From Minisyncoccia bacterium (lineage in GTDB: Bacteria > Patescibacteriota > Minisyncoccia > Phycocordibacterales > CALRBL01): DNA of 64,000 nt. The stretch lies in NCBI GenBank assembly GCA_038230075.1, contig JBBRNV010000001.1, forward strand, positions 114,667-178,666, read 5' to 3'. Shown piece after piece: positions 10,763-19,888 of this stretch (its first letter is position 1; the number at the start of each line of letters is the position of its first letter). The notes beneath the pieces are model-generated. The model searched no databases and was not told the DNA's origin. It worked only from the letters and a program-made list of their open reading frames with translations. The translations under genes and the position numbers were made by a program.

Positions 10763-12253
10763 CTACGCTTCAGCAAAGATTTCAACATCCTTACTTCCCT
10801 CCTCCTCTTTTTTACTAACTCTAATAAAGAGTGCGAGTATTGCTCCAAGTACTAACAATGCCGCTGCGCATTCAAACACGATTGCATATGAGGAAATTTG
10901 AGCTTTAAGAATAATAAGTGCCACAAACTGTTTATAGTTATCGGTAGTTTTAACAACGAGCTGACTCACTTCACTAATTCGTTGCACGTTTCCTTCAATA
11001 GTGTTTGTAAGGAGTGTTGCAAATATTGCTACCCCAAAGGCTCCTGCAATATTTCTAACAAGAGCAAGCACCGACGATGCCATTCCAATTTCAGATATCG
11101 GAACTGCAGAAGCAATAGCTTGGGTTCGTTGTGCCATTCCAAGTCCAAGGAAAAAGGCCATGATACCGAGAGGGATCATGATGTCATATGCAGACGATCG
11201 AGCATCAAGAAATGAAAAGAGAAACATTCCAACTGCTGCCCCAAATGTACTTATTGCAATTACATATCGTGCTTGAATCTTTCCAATTAAACTACTGCCG
11301 AATGGAGCTGCAACGAGAAGACAAAATGCCATCGGAATAAATAGGTATCCCGCATGAGTGGCGTCGTATCCTAAAAATGTTTGTGCAAAAAGTGGAATAA
11401 GAAAGACTACTCCAATGAGGCCCATAAATGAAAGGAAATTATTAAGCAGCGTAAGTACAAATACTCGATTCTTGAAAAAGTTCAAATTAACCATTGGCTC
11501 TGGAGCTTTTATTTCTGTAAAGTAGAAATATACAGAACTAACAACCAGCACTACATATGAAATAAGACTCTTTACTGATACCCATCCCCAATCTGTTCCC
11601 TTGTCGAGCACGAGCACCATTGCAGAGAGAGCGATGCCTAGCGAAATTGCACCCGCCCAATCAAAATACATACTCTTCTTTTCAGAAACAGACTCCTTAA
11701 TGTATCGAAGTGCCATGACCAATCCAATAACTCCTATGGGAAGATTAACGAGAAAAACTGATCTCCATCCAAATGAATCAATAAGTGGTCCTCCTAAAAG
11801 CGGACCGAACACAGAAGCAGCTGCAAATGATGATGACCAAATTCCAAGTGCGCGGGCTCGTTCTTTTCCTTCACCAAAAGTAACTGCCAAAATTGCCATA
11901 GCTGTTGGATAATCGGCAGAACCAGCAATAGCTTGAATCACTCGAAACACAATCATTGATGAAAGATTCCAGGCAAAACCTGCAAGTACTGATCCAACAA
12001 TAAAGAGTGTGAATCCCCAGATATATACTTTCTTTCTCCCCCATGTGTCCCCTAACTTTCCCCAAATAGGAACAAAAATAGCATTTGCAAGAATATATGC
12101 TGTTGCAATCCAACCACCAGAAGTAACTGAGATTCCAAAATCGGAAACAATTTTAGGAAGTGCTAAATTAACAATAGTTTGATCAAGTCTTCCAAGAAAA
12201 GTTCCAACAATAACAGTAATTAAAATAAGCCACTTTGTTCGTTGTGATGGCAT
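10763..12253 (-). CDS. MFS transporter, 14-TMS drug:H+ antiporter (DHA2/EmrB-like)
   Basis: 496 aa, ~14 hydrophobic segments and the MFS signature GKLGDTWGRKKV. Confidence 0.85.
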   Translation of the reverse strand: MPSQRTKWLILITVIVGTFLGRLDQTIVNLALPKIVSDFGISVTSGGWIATAYILANAIFVPIWGKLGDTWGRKKVYIWGFTLFIVGSVLAGFAWNLSSMIVFRVIQAIAGSADYPTAMAILAVTFGEGKERARALGIWSSSFAAASVFGPLLGGPLIDSFGWRSVFLVNLPIGVIGLVMALRYIKESVSEKKSMYFDWAGAISLGIALSAMVLVLDKGTDWGWVSVKSLISYVVLVVSSVYFYFTEIKAPEPMVNLNFFKNRVFVLTLLNNFLSFMGLIGVVFLIPLFAQTFLGYDATHAGYLFIPMAFCLLVAAPFGSSLIGKIQARYVIAISTFGAAVGMFLFSFLDARSSAYDIMIPLGIMAFFLGLGMAQRTQAIASAVPISEIGMASSVLALVRNIAGAFGVAIFATLLTNTIEGNVQRISEVSQLVVKTTDNYKQFVALIILKAQISSYAIVFECAAALLVLGAILALFIRVSKKEEEGSKDVEIFAEA

Positions 12254-12259
12254 TGTTTT

Positions 12260-12928
12260 TTACTTTTTATAAATAACAATCTTTGCTGACATTCCCTGCT
12301 TTAATTCAGGATATGCGTTTTGATCGTATCCAATTTTGATATCAAATTGCTTAACTTCTCGTTTATCAGAAATATTAAATACGACATCATTTTGATGAGT
12401 TGCTTCACTGATTGAATATACTGTTCCGTCAAATTTCTTTCCAGGAAATGCATCGACGGTAAATGATGCGTCTTGTCCAACATGAATTTGATCGAGTCCT
12501 TTATCTTCATCTAAATGCCCTACGATTCGAAGTTTTGATGGATCAATCATTTGAACCACTGTTTGAGAAGGAGCGAAAATTTCACCGATAGTATTTTGAA
12601 CACTGATAACGATTCCACCTGTTTGAGTTTTAATGAGTGCATCCCCTACCCGAGCAACTGGCTGAAACGGAAGAACAGTATCACCTTCAGATACATATAA
12701 TTCTTTCAAAACTCCAGGGTTTGCAGGCGCCAAGTTAATAACTGGCGCAGATACTTCTGACTTATCAATTGAAATTCGAGTTTGAACAACCAACACATAG
12801 TAGAGACCAACCGCGAGAGCTAGTAAACCCAAAACCACACCCCCAATTATGAGAATGTTGCTTCGAGACCCGTCTCCTGCTTCTTTTTTATGTTCTTGCT
12901 CTGTTTTATGTGTTGTTTCTTGTGCCAT
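12260..12928 (-). CDS. HlyD-family membrane-fusion (periplasmic adaptor) protein, short form
   Basis: N-terminal TM followed by beta-barrel/lipoyl-like sequence. Immediately downstream of the MFS gene and co-oriented with it, i.e. an EmrAB-like pair. Confidence 0.7.
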   Translation of the reverse strand: MAQETTHKTEQEHKKEAGDGSRSNILIIGGVVLGLLALAVGLYYVLVVQTRISIDKSEVSAPVINLAPANPGVLKELYVSEGDTVLPFQPVARVGDALIKTQTGGIVISVQNTIGEIFAPSQTVVQMIDPSKLRIVGHLDEDKGLDQIHVGQDASFTVDAFPGKKFDGTVYSISEATHQNDVVFNISDKREVKQFDIKIGYDQNAYPELKQGMSAKIVIYKK

Positions 12929-13011
12929 ATAAGTGAATACTGTTGATGGTTGACTTGTTAACTATCATACTAAATTACTCGAAATAAGGCAAATGTATTC
13001 ATATAAATGAA

Positions 13012-13046
13012 GAGACCGAGGAGCGACAGGTGCGCGCCTCGGTCTC
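13012..13046 (-). terminator. Perfect 10-bp GC-rich hairpin (GAGACCGAGG...CCTCGGTCTC) flanked by A/T tracts
   Basis: Read directly from the sequence. Lies 3' of the 13100..13420 minus-strand ORF. Confidence 0.5.
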
Positions 13047-13099
13047 GAAAGACTGAAGAAAAAAACTGGGGGTAAAAAAGAACTGGTGGTGAGGTGATG

Positions 13100-13420
13100 C
13101 TAGGCGGCCACAAAGCCCTTGCTGGGGACGCACCTGATCTGCTTCAGCGTCTCGAGGGCAATGAGCGCCTTCTGGACCCACGAATCGCGAACCCGTCCGA
13201 AAACGGCCTTCAACGTCTCGATAATCCGAGTGCGTCCGATGGGGTGACTGAACGACTTGATGCACGCCAGGACTTTCGCCTTAATGTGCATGTGAAGCTC
13301 GTTGGGAGCAGTCTCCAGATGGGAGTGCTTCTTGGCGAGCTTACGGAGATTCGCTTCCGGCACCACATCAGTGGCGAGGTGTCCGGAGGAGTGGTTACCA
13401 ACAGAGGGCTTTGAAGCCAT
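13100..13420 (-). CDS. Small protein of unknown function in a GC3-rich island
   Basis: 106-aa ORF with GC3 ~75% in a ~35% GC genome. It has its own downstream hairpin. No confident family assignment. Confidence 0.5.
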   Translation of the reverse strand: MASKPSVGNHSSGHLATDVVPEANLRKLAKKHSHLETAPNELHMHIKAKVLACIKSFSHPIGRTRIIETLKAVFGRVRDSWVQKALIALETLKQIRCVPSKGFVAA

Positions 13421-13563
13421 GGATGCTTAATTTTACTAGGTGGGAACAAGAACCTTCGCGCAATGGCGCTTAAGTTCGGTGATGGAATCAAACTGACTTC
13501 CAAGGTAAAATGATACCTTACCTTTTAAAAAGGTCAAGGTGTGAATAGTATTTAATGTATATT

Positions 13564-14721
13564 TTAAGCCAAATCAATTAACACGATTTCTGATTTTGTA
13601 AATGTTCGAATTGGTGGTCCCCAGGTTCCTGCACCACTAGAAGTAATTACCTGTAAATCCCCCACTGGCTTTATGCCATAGTCATATCCTTTGAATACTT
13701 TTCTTGTGAGGTATCTAAATGGCCACACCTGACCTTGGTGAGTGTGTCCTGACATTTGAATTCCATTTCCAATTTGCTTAGACAAATCAATATTATCAGG
13801 AACATGTTTTAAATATAAAACAGGAGCTGCAAAAGGAATTTCTTCATCTTCTTTAAGAGTCACAATATCGTCTGCCAATTTTTCTATTTCTTCTGCAAAT
13901 AAATTTCGAGTTTCAGTAGTTTTATAACTTGAGCCTGCAATCACTAATCCATCAACCACAACTGCATTGTCTTCGAGTACTTTAATGCCTGCATTATCAA
14001 GCGCTTTAACATACAACTGATCATCTCCAAAACTTTCATGGTTCCCTGTGATGGCATATATACCAAATGGTGCATTAATTTTGGCGAACTCTAATGCTAA
14101 TTCGTCAACACTCACTTTCATTCCGTCGTAAAAATCGCCCCCATGAAGCACAATATCGGGCGAGAGGCCTTGAATAATACCAACAAGTTTCTTTGCAGTT
14201 CCCAACCTTCTCACTTGCCCGAAATGGGTGTCTGAGATAAAAACAACCTTTCTCCCCTTCCACTGTTCAGGAAGGTTTGGAAGCGATACTGAATACCTTG
14301 TTACCACCACTTTATTAGCGTTTAAAATGCCGTACACTGTAAGCGCAACAGGGATAATGAGAAGTAGTGCAAAAACAACTGGATCGATTGTTATAAACGA
14401 AGATACGAGGCCTAAAATAATTGAAAAACCGAATAGATAGAAAAAGAGTCCCATCCATCCTACCGATATTTTATAGAATATTCGAGAAAATGTATTATCT
14501 TTATATCGAGTCAAAACGGTTGAGATCAAGAAAATAAAACTCAAAACAAAGAATTTAACCATGCCATAAGTTGCCCATACTCCTGTAAGACCAAGCCCTT
14601 GAACGATCACTTTTCCTGTAAGCCAATGAGTGCTAAGTAAAATAACTTGTACTAACACAATAAAAAAAATGAAAAAGGTAGGCATTACGGCGATTGTAAC
14701 ATAAAACAAAAAGCCTCTCAC
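13564..14721 (-). CDS. Membrane-anchored calcineurin-like metallophosphoesterase
   Basis: Four N-terminal TM helices, then DxH (SDTHFG), GD (HGGDFYDG), GNHE and GHTH motifs in order. Confidence 0.85.
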   Translation of the reverse strand: MRGFLFYVTIAVMPTFFIFFIVLVQVILLSTHWLTGKVIVQGLGLTGVWATYGMVKFFVLSFIFLISTVLTRYKDNTFSRIFYKISVGWMGLFFYLFGFSIILGLVSSFITIDPVVFALLLIIPVALTVYGILNANKVVVTRYSVSLPNLPEQWKGRKVVFISDTHFGQVRRLGTAKKLVGIIQGLSPDIVLHGGDFYDGMKVSVDELALEFAKINAPFGIYAITGNHESFGDDQLYVKALDNAGIKVLEDNAVVVDGLVIAGSSYKTTETRNLFAEEIEKLADDIVTLKEDEEIPFAAPVLYLKHVPDNIDLSKQIGNGIQMSGHTHQGQVWPFRYLTRKVFKGYDYGIKPVGDLQVITSSGAGTWGPPIRTFTKSEIVLIDLA

Positions 14722-14757
14722 ACGAGAGGCTTTTTGTTTGGTTTTTTATTTCTTATA

Positions 14758-15369
14758 TTAACTATTACTTACACTTGATGTCTTATCGATACTCGCAGTA
14801 AATGAAGGAGCTTTTTGCTCTTTCTTAGTTTGTGAGTGATCCCAACATGGAGCTGATGCACTCCAAGGAGCTACACCTTGCTGATCATATAGATACTGAG
14901 CGTATTGCAAGTTTCCTTTGAGAGTATAGATATCATATCCCATACTCTTAGCGGTTTTAGCGTGATATCTTTCGTTGATCTGCATTACTCCAACATCTCT
15001 AGGGTTTACGATTCCTCGTATGATTGAGCCTGTTGTAGTGAATTGTCGAAATTCAGATTCACATCGAGCAACTTCTGCCAAAATAGGAGTATCTTCGAAA
15101 AAGTCTCGAACAAACTCTTCGACTGACTTTTTAAAGGTTATCTGACCATTTGGAAATGTTGCTGTGGTGCTTGCATTTATCACTGCAGAAGTAAAAATCG
15201 CTGTTTTTATCTTGTTCTGTTTGTCGTCGTTTGAACTAGTAAAGGCTGAAACGTTCAAGATAGGACTTGAAAGATTGTTAGCCAATATTTTAGTTGATGA
15301 ACCGTCTACTGAAACCGCATAGACCTCTGGTACGCCGCTCACAAGCGAGCTTAGCATAACAATAGCCAA
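14758..15369 (-). CDS. Secreted lytic transglycosylase (SLT/lysozyme-like domain) protein
   Basis: Signal peptide. C-terminal CESEF ... GVMQI ... AQYLYD pattern resembles the SLT family-1 catalytic Glu and GLMQ motifs. Confidence 0.6.
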   Translation of the reverse strand: MAIVMLSSLVSGVPEVYAVSVDGSSTKILANNLSSPILNVSAFTSSNDDKQNKIKTAIFTSAVINASTTATFPNGQITFKKSVEEFVRDFFEDTPILAEVARCESEFRQFTTTGSIIRGIVNPRDVGVMQINERYHAKTAKSMGYDIYTLKGNLQYAQYLYDQQGVAPWSASAPCWDHSQTKKEQKAPSFTASIDKTSSVSNS

Positions 15370-15623
15370 TAGATATTTAGAAAACTTGATTCGTAAAATA
15401 AGCCTAGATTTAGCTGATAATGCACATGTCGTTACTCAATCGTGTTGTGTGCTTCATCTCGTCTTACAGAAGTTCCGGGAACCGAAGTTCGAGGAGCGAG
15501 AAATAAAAAACCAGAGCTGTTCTGGTATGTCCAGATAATAGCAGTTTTCAGTCAAAAAGTCAATCATGAGACACGGGAAAACGACCATACGACTACGTCA
15601 AAAATGGCTCTATATATGAATAT

Positions 15624-16085
15624 TTACTTCATTCCAAGCTTTACAATTTTATCAAAGTGTGACCTAATAACTGGCATCACTGAGAGTCTCATTCCCCGCT
15701 TCGCAACGAGCATGTTTTTGAGGTCAGAATCAAACTTAATGTGGGTCAAAAGTACTGGTTTTTTGAAGGAATATTTGTATGAAATGTCTGCCCCAAACCA
15801 AATTGGCTTATCTTTCGTAGCCTTTGGGTCAAAATGTTCATCTTTCTTATCGAGACCTGTTAAGTCAGGGTGTGCAGCACCAACGACTTCAGCAACTCCA
15901 ACAATTCCTGTCTCCTCTCCCCCATTTGAATGATAGAAAAGAATAAGATCGCCGACTTTCATGTCATTAGTCATGTAATTTCGGGCTTGATAGTTTCGAA
16001 TGCCTGTCCATTGAGTAACCTTAGCCTTCTTTAAGTCGTCGATGGAATAACAAGCCCCTTCAGATTTGAGTAACCAATAGTTCAT
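15624..16085 (-). CDS. EVE (PUA-like) domain protein
   Basis: MNYWLLKSE...YSIDDL...W.GIRNYQARNYM...GDLILFYHS... is the canonical EVE / thymocyte-nuclear-protein-like pattern. 153 aa. Confidence 0.8.
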   Translation of the reverse strand: MNYWLLKSEGACYSIDDLKKAKVTQWTGIRNYQARNYMTNDMKVGDLILFYHSNGGEETGIVGVAEVVGAAHPDLTGLDKKDEHFDPKATKDKPIWFGADISYKYSFKKPVLLTHIKFDSDLKNMLVAKRGMRLSVMPVIRSHFDKIVKLGMK

Positions 16086-16247
16086 CTCGTTAGTATATCA
16101 AATACAACTCGATTTGACTGAAATCAAATAATGTTGCAATATCTGTGAAAGGTAGTTCATTTAAAAGGCTTTGGTTTAGGGATAGATTTTTGAAACCAAT
16201 ATTGGTGCTGAAAATCTGTCTCTCAACCATCAACCCGAATCGCAGTT

Positions 16248-16631
16248 ATGCAAACCACTACTCAACCCCACAAAGCCGTTGCTTCGCTCGAAGGCTTCGT
16301 TGTTTTTATGATCTTCATCACAACCTTTAGTGCCGGCATTGGCATGACAGGATTCATTCAAGCTCCCGTTCTCTTCATCGGTGTCGCCATGTTGGCCACA
16401 CTGAATCGAAAGGTTACGTTGGTTTTCCTGGTCATCGTCGCCATTGTTAGTAGCCAAGGTTGTCTTGTCTGGCTTCATCATCACTACCGAAACTCCGACT
16501 TTTTCGTGATGCATTTTGCCTCGATGATCGCAACCGTCACCGCGTGCGCATCGGGTTACAACATCGCACCCCACATCGGTTGGATCCGAAGGTTTATCGC
16601 ACACATTAAAAGCGAAGACAGGAGGGTCTGA
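16248..16631 (+). CDS. Small membrane protein (uncertain strand; mirrored by a 141-aa antisense ORF)
   Basis: Three hydrophobic helices. A hairpin (aatcctccg...cggaggatt, 16672-16700) plus T-run lies downstream. The antisense ORF 16230..16655 is Asp/Glu/Asn/His-rich, as expected for the shadow of a hydrophobic ORF. Confidence 0.35.
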   Translation: MQTTTQPHKAVASLEGFVVFMIFITTFSAGIGMTGFIQAPVLFIGVAMLATLNRKVTLVFLVIVAIVSSQGCLVWLHHHYRNSDFFVMHFASMIATVTACASGYNIAPHIGWIRRFIAHIKSEDRRV

Positions 16632-16707
16632 CCACCTCAAATTGTCACGAGTCAAAACAACAAAATCCTCCGCCTAGCACCCGGAGGATTTGCAGTTTTC
16701 AGTGTAG

Positions 16708-16801
16708 GAAAATAAAAATACCTTGTTTGGAACGATTCCGCAGACCCTGTTCAAATTTATGGGTCGAGGACTTAGTAACAAAACAAGGTATTTTTATTTT
16801 C
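16708..16801. repeat. Long-stem/conserved-loop palindromic element, copy A
   Basis: 21-bp perfect AT-rich inverted repeat (gaaaataaaaataccttgttt / aaacaaggtatttttattttc). It encloses a 52-nt loop, GGAACGATTCCGCAGACCC...GGGTCGAGGACTTAGTAACA. It ends 3 nt from the rpmA stop. Confidence 0.6.
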
Positions 16802-16804
16802 TAT

Positions 16805-17077
16805 CTAGACAATGTGAACGATTTTTCGAACAGTTGTTGAACCGTCAAAATTTCCTTTTCGCTTCTTTCCAAATTCAACTTTTCCGTCTTTGAGAGCAAA
16901 GAGTGTGTGATCTCGTCCTACTCCAACATTCTTTCCAGCCATGATTTTTGTTCCTCGTTGTCGCACAATAATAGAGCCCGTCTTAGCGATTTCTCCATCA
17001 TACAATTTAACACCAAGAAACTTTGGTTTTGAGTCTGTTAGGTTTTTAGCTGTTCCTCCTGCTTTTTTACTTGCCAT
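16805..17077 (-). CDS. rpmA: 50S ribosomal protein L27
   Basis: MASKKAGG...[23 protein letters not shown] matches L27 end-to-end. Confidence 0.95.
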   Translation of the reverse strand: MASKKAGGTAKNLTDSKPKFLGVKLYDGEIAKTGSIIVRQRGTKIMAGKNVGVGRDHTLFALKDGKVEFGKKRKGNFDGSTTVRKIVHIV

Positions 17078-17117
17078 AGTGTGAGTATAGTAATAGATTA
17101 GGCCCTTTTATGCAAGC

Positions 17118-17564
17118 TTACGCTGCGGCCTGAACTATAAGTTTAAATGTTGCTGTTTTATCTTGAACTTTGACTTCCATATCAAATTCTCCAACTTCTT
17201 TGATAGGCTTTGGCATAACAAGGTAGTCTGCCAATACATCGACATGTGTCTGTTCTTTGATCGCAGGAATAATTTCTTCTTTGTGAATACCGGCAAAAAG
17301 ATGACCTTTTTCATTGGCTGAATGAGTAACGGTAACAGTAACTCCTTCAATGCTTTTGAGGTTCTTAATAAGAAGGTCTTCGTGAATTGACCGATCTGCA
17401 TCGTGCACAGCCTTCATTTTATCGAGTCGGGCCATTGCCTTATCTGATGCCATTTCTGCTAATTTTTTAGGAAAGAGAAAGTTCAAAGCATGGCCATCTG
17501 CCACGTCTTTTACTTCAAATCGCTTGCCAACTGCTGGAACGTCTTTTAACAAAATTACTTTCAT
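17118..17564 (-). CDS. rplI: 50S ribosomal protein L9
   Basis: MKVILLKDV..G..G..V.V..GHALNFLFP N-domain plus a C-domain of the right length (148 aa). This is L9, not L21. Confidence 0.85.
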   Translation of the reverse strand: MKVILLKDVPAVGKRFEVKDVADGHALNFLFPKKLAEMASDKAMARLDKMKAVHDADRSIHEDLLIKNLKSIEGVTVTVTHSANEKGHLFAGIHKEEIIPAIKEQTHVDVLADYLVMPKPIKEVGEFDMEVKVQDKTATFKLIVQAAA

Positions 17565-17607
17565 AGGTTAGTTAGTATATCGATTTTTAGCCATTTGTCT
17601 ACCAATC

Positions 17608-18936
17608 TTATTTACCTGTTTTTACGAACTCAACTGCTCGGTCTAATTGTGGATCTTTAGCGTTAGTAAAGTCGTCTCGGGTCAAATCAACGTTAATATC
17701 AGGGCTTAGTCCTCCATCTGAGATAGAAACGCCATTTGGAGTCAACCATCGGGCTACAGTGACCTTGAGCATAGTGTCAGAAGTGATAGGAACAAGCTCT
17801 TGAACAGATCCTTTTCCAAATGATCGAGTTCCAATTAATTTCGCCTTTCCGTATTCACTAAGTGCACCAGCTAAGATTTCTGAAGCAGATGCTGAACCTC
17901 CGTTGATAAGAATAGCAAACTTCAAATCGTCGGTGAAAATGTCATACCCCTTACTTCGTGAATCTTTTTCATCACTTCCCTTACTTGAAACTTCTCGAAC
18001 TACCACTTTTCCATTTGGAAGGAACCATGAGGCAATATCAACTGCAGCATCTAGGTATCCTCCTGGATTTCCTCGAAGATCGAGAACAAGTTTATTTGAA
18101 TTTGAATTTACAAATTCTCGAAGTGCATTTCTAAACAAGTTTGGAGACTCTGCGGTGAAGCTATAGAGGCGAATGACGAATACTCCATCTGATCGAAGTT
18201 TGTAATCGATTGTTGGAATACTAATAGTATCTCGAACAACCTTAATCACACGTGGCTCTTTTTCATCTCCTCGAACAATACTAAAAACGACTTCTGTTCC
18301 TTTTGGACCCCGAATCAAATTAACCGCTTGATCTACTGAAAGACCTGCGGCCAGAGTGTCATTAATTTTGTATAACTTATCACCAGTTGTTAAGCCGGCT
18401 TTATCTGCAGGAGTACCAGGAAGCGCCGTCACCACAGTCAGAATGCCATCTTTAATACCCATTTCCATTCCCACCCCTTCAAAGTTGCCACTTATTTCAC
18501 TTTTGAAAATTTTTGATTCTTCAGGACTAAAGAAAACAGTGTACGGATCACCAAGAGAAGCAACCATTCCTTTAATGGCACCGAGTAATCGTTCTTTGGG
18601 TGTGTCTGATGTGAGTGGAGAACTTGTTGATGTTGATGAGGCATGATGAGTTGCTACATATTTTTTATCAATCAAAGCCCATGTTTGCCAAAAAGGAGAA
18701 AAATCAACAGTGTCTGACTGACCAACATCTTTCGAAACAACCGATGTTACGTCGAGGGCTGGATCGTGATGTGAATGTCCGATGTATACACCAACTCCGA
18801 ACGCTCCAGCGACTAAGAGAATTGCACAAAGTGGAAAAATAATTTTTGAAACGAACGAGCCAGAAGAATTCATATCGTTGAGTATCTCAAATTGAGATGA
18901 CGAGGTCAATCGATTGCGATATAATAGTTTGCACAT
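17608..18936 (-). CDS. ctpA: Carboxyl-terminal processing protease (S41) with PDZ domain
   Basis: N-terminal TM, PDZ region, RGNPGG and GGSASASEI catalytic-domain motifs. The start may be at the internal Met ~18873. Confidence 0.85.
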   Translation of the reverse strand: MCKLLYRNRLTSSSQFEILNDMNSSGSFVSKIIFPLCAILLVAGAFGVGVYIGHSHHDPALDVTSVVSKDVGQSDTVDFSPFWQTWALIDKKYVATHHASSTSTSSPLTSDTPKERLLGAIKGMVASLGDPYTVFFSPEESKIFKSEISGNFEGVGMEMGIKDGILTVVTALPGTPADKAGLTTGDKLYKINDTLAAGLSVDQAVNLIRGPKGTEVVFSIVRGDEKEPRVIKVVRDTISIPTIDYKLRSDGVFVIRLYSFTAESPNLFRNALREFVNSNSNKLVLDLRGNPGGYLDAAVDIASWFLPNGKVVVREVSSKGSDEKDSRSKGYDIFTDDLKFAILINGGSASASEILAGALSEYGKAKLIGTRSFGKGSVQELVPITSDTMLKVTVARWLTPNGVSISDGGLSPDINVDLTRDDFTNAKDPQLDRAVEFVKTGK

Positions 18937-19858
18937 GGTTAAAAAACATCAGTACAAAGATTTGGTTTGGTATGATCTTGAAAAACCAACACATGACGAA
19001 GTTCGAGAACTGATGGAAGCTTTTAATATTGATCCTCTCGCTGCAGAAGAGTTGCTCACAAAAACTGTGAAGCCAAAAGTAGACATGACTGAAGATCATA
19101 TTTATATGGTGCTTCACTTCCCCATGATTCATCAAAACATGCATCGTGGCCTACAATCTGAAATAAGCCAAGAAATAGACTTTATTATTGGTGAAAAATT
19201 TCTTATCACTGCCCACTATGACCACATCGATGCCCTCGATAATTTCTCTCATATATTTGAAACAGAAGGAAGATTAGCAAAACATCGATTTGGAAATCAC
19301 GCTGGATATATCTTCTTTTATATTTTACGCGACCTCTATCGATCAATGGTGCATGAACTTGAATCAATTCGTGAATCACTTCGAAGTATTGAAAATAAAA
19401 TTTTTCATGATGAAGAAAAAAAGATGGTGTACAGTTTGTCACGAATCAATCGAGATCTTTTAACTTTCAAAGAAGCGACCAATCTACACAAAAGTGTTTT
19501 GGAATCATTTGAAATTGCCTCAAAGAAATTATTTGGCGACGATTTCGCTCCTCAAATGCAAAGTATTATGAATGAATACTATCGAAATCATGCAGCAATT
19601 CAAGAAAGTAAAGAATTTCTAGACGAACTTCGAAAAACAAATGACTCACTTCTCGCAGCAAGACAGAACGAAACAATCAAAATCTCAAATATTTTAGCAA
19701 CCATTTTCCTTCCCCCCTCTTTTATTTTGTGGCTTTTTTCAATTCGATCACCTATCCCCTTCCTTGAGCATGAATATTCATTCTGGATTGTAGCCGCATG
19801 TCTTTTTGTCTTAGGGTGTTGTATCTTTGTATTCTACAAATTCAAACGCTGGCTTTAA
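18914..19858 (+). CDS. CorA-family divalent-cation transporter-like protein (lacks the GMN motif)
   Basis: CorA-like N-terminal domain (VWYDLEKPTHDEVRELMEAFNIDPLAAEEL) and two C-terminal TM helices. The canonical YGMNF is absent. Confidence 0.65.
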   Translation: MRYNSLHMVKKHQYKDLVWYDLEKPTHDEVRELMEAFNIDPLAAEELLTKTVKPKVDMTEDHIYMVLHFPMIHQNMHRGLQSEISQEIDFIIGEKFLITAHYDHIDALDNFSHIFETEGRLAKHRFGNHAGYIFFYILRDLYRSMVHELESIRESLRSIENKIFHDEEKKMVYSLSRINRDLLTFKEATNLHKSVLESFEIASKKLFGDDFAPQMQSIMNEYYRNHAAIQESKEFLDELRKTNDSLLAARQNETIKISNILATIFLPPSFILWLFSIRSPIPFLEHEYSFWIVAACLFVLGCCIFVFYKFKRWL

Positions 19859-19888
19859 TACTAAATAAGAGAATAATAGAGACATCAT

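Noticed and set aside
13100-13420. Histone / histone-fold identity for the GC3-rich ORF
   Set aside because: Only short, gappy resemblance to H2A segments. No full-length colinear match could be established by eye, so it is left as an unknown protein.
13094-13503. Plus-strand ORF 13094..13414 and minus-strand ORF 13210..13503 in the GC island
   Set aside because: Alternative frames of the GC-rich island. The 13100..13420 minus frame shows strong GC3 periodicity and the others do not, so only that frame was kept.
15442-15933. 163-aa plus-strand ORF overlapping the EVE gene
   Set aside because: Antisense to a confidently identified EVE-domain CDS; no motif content.
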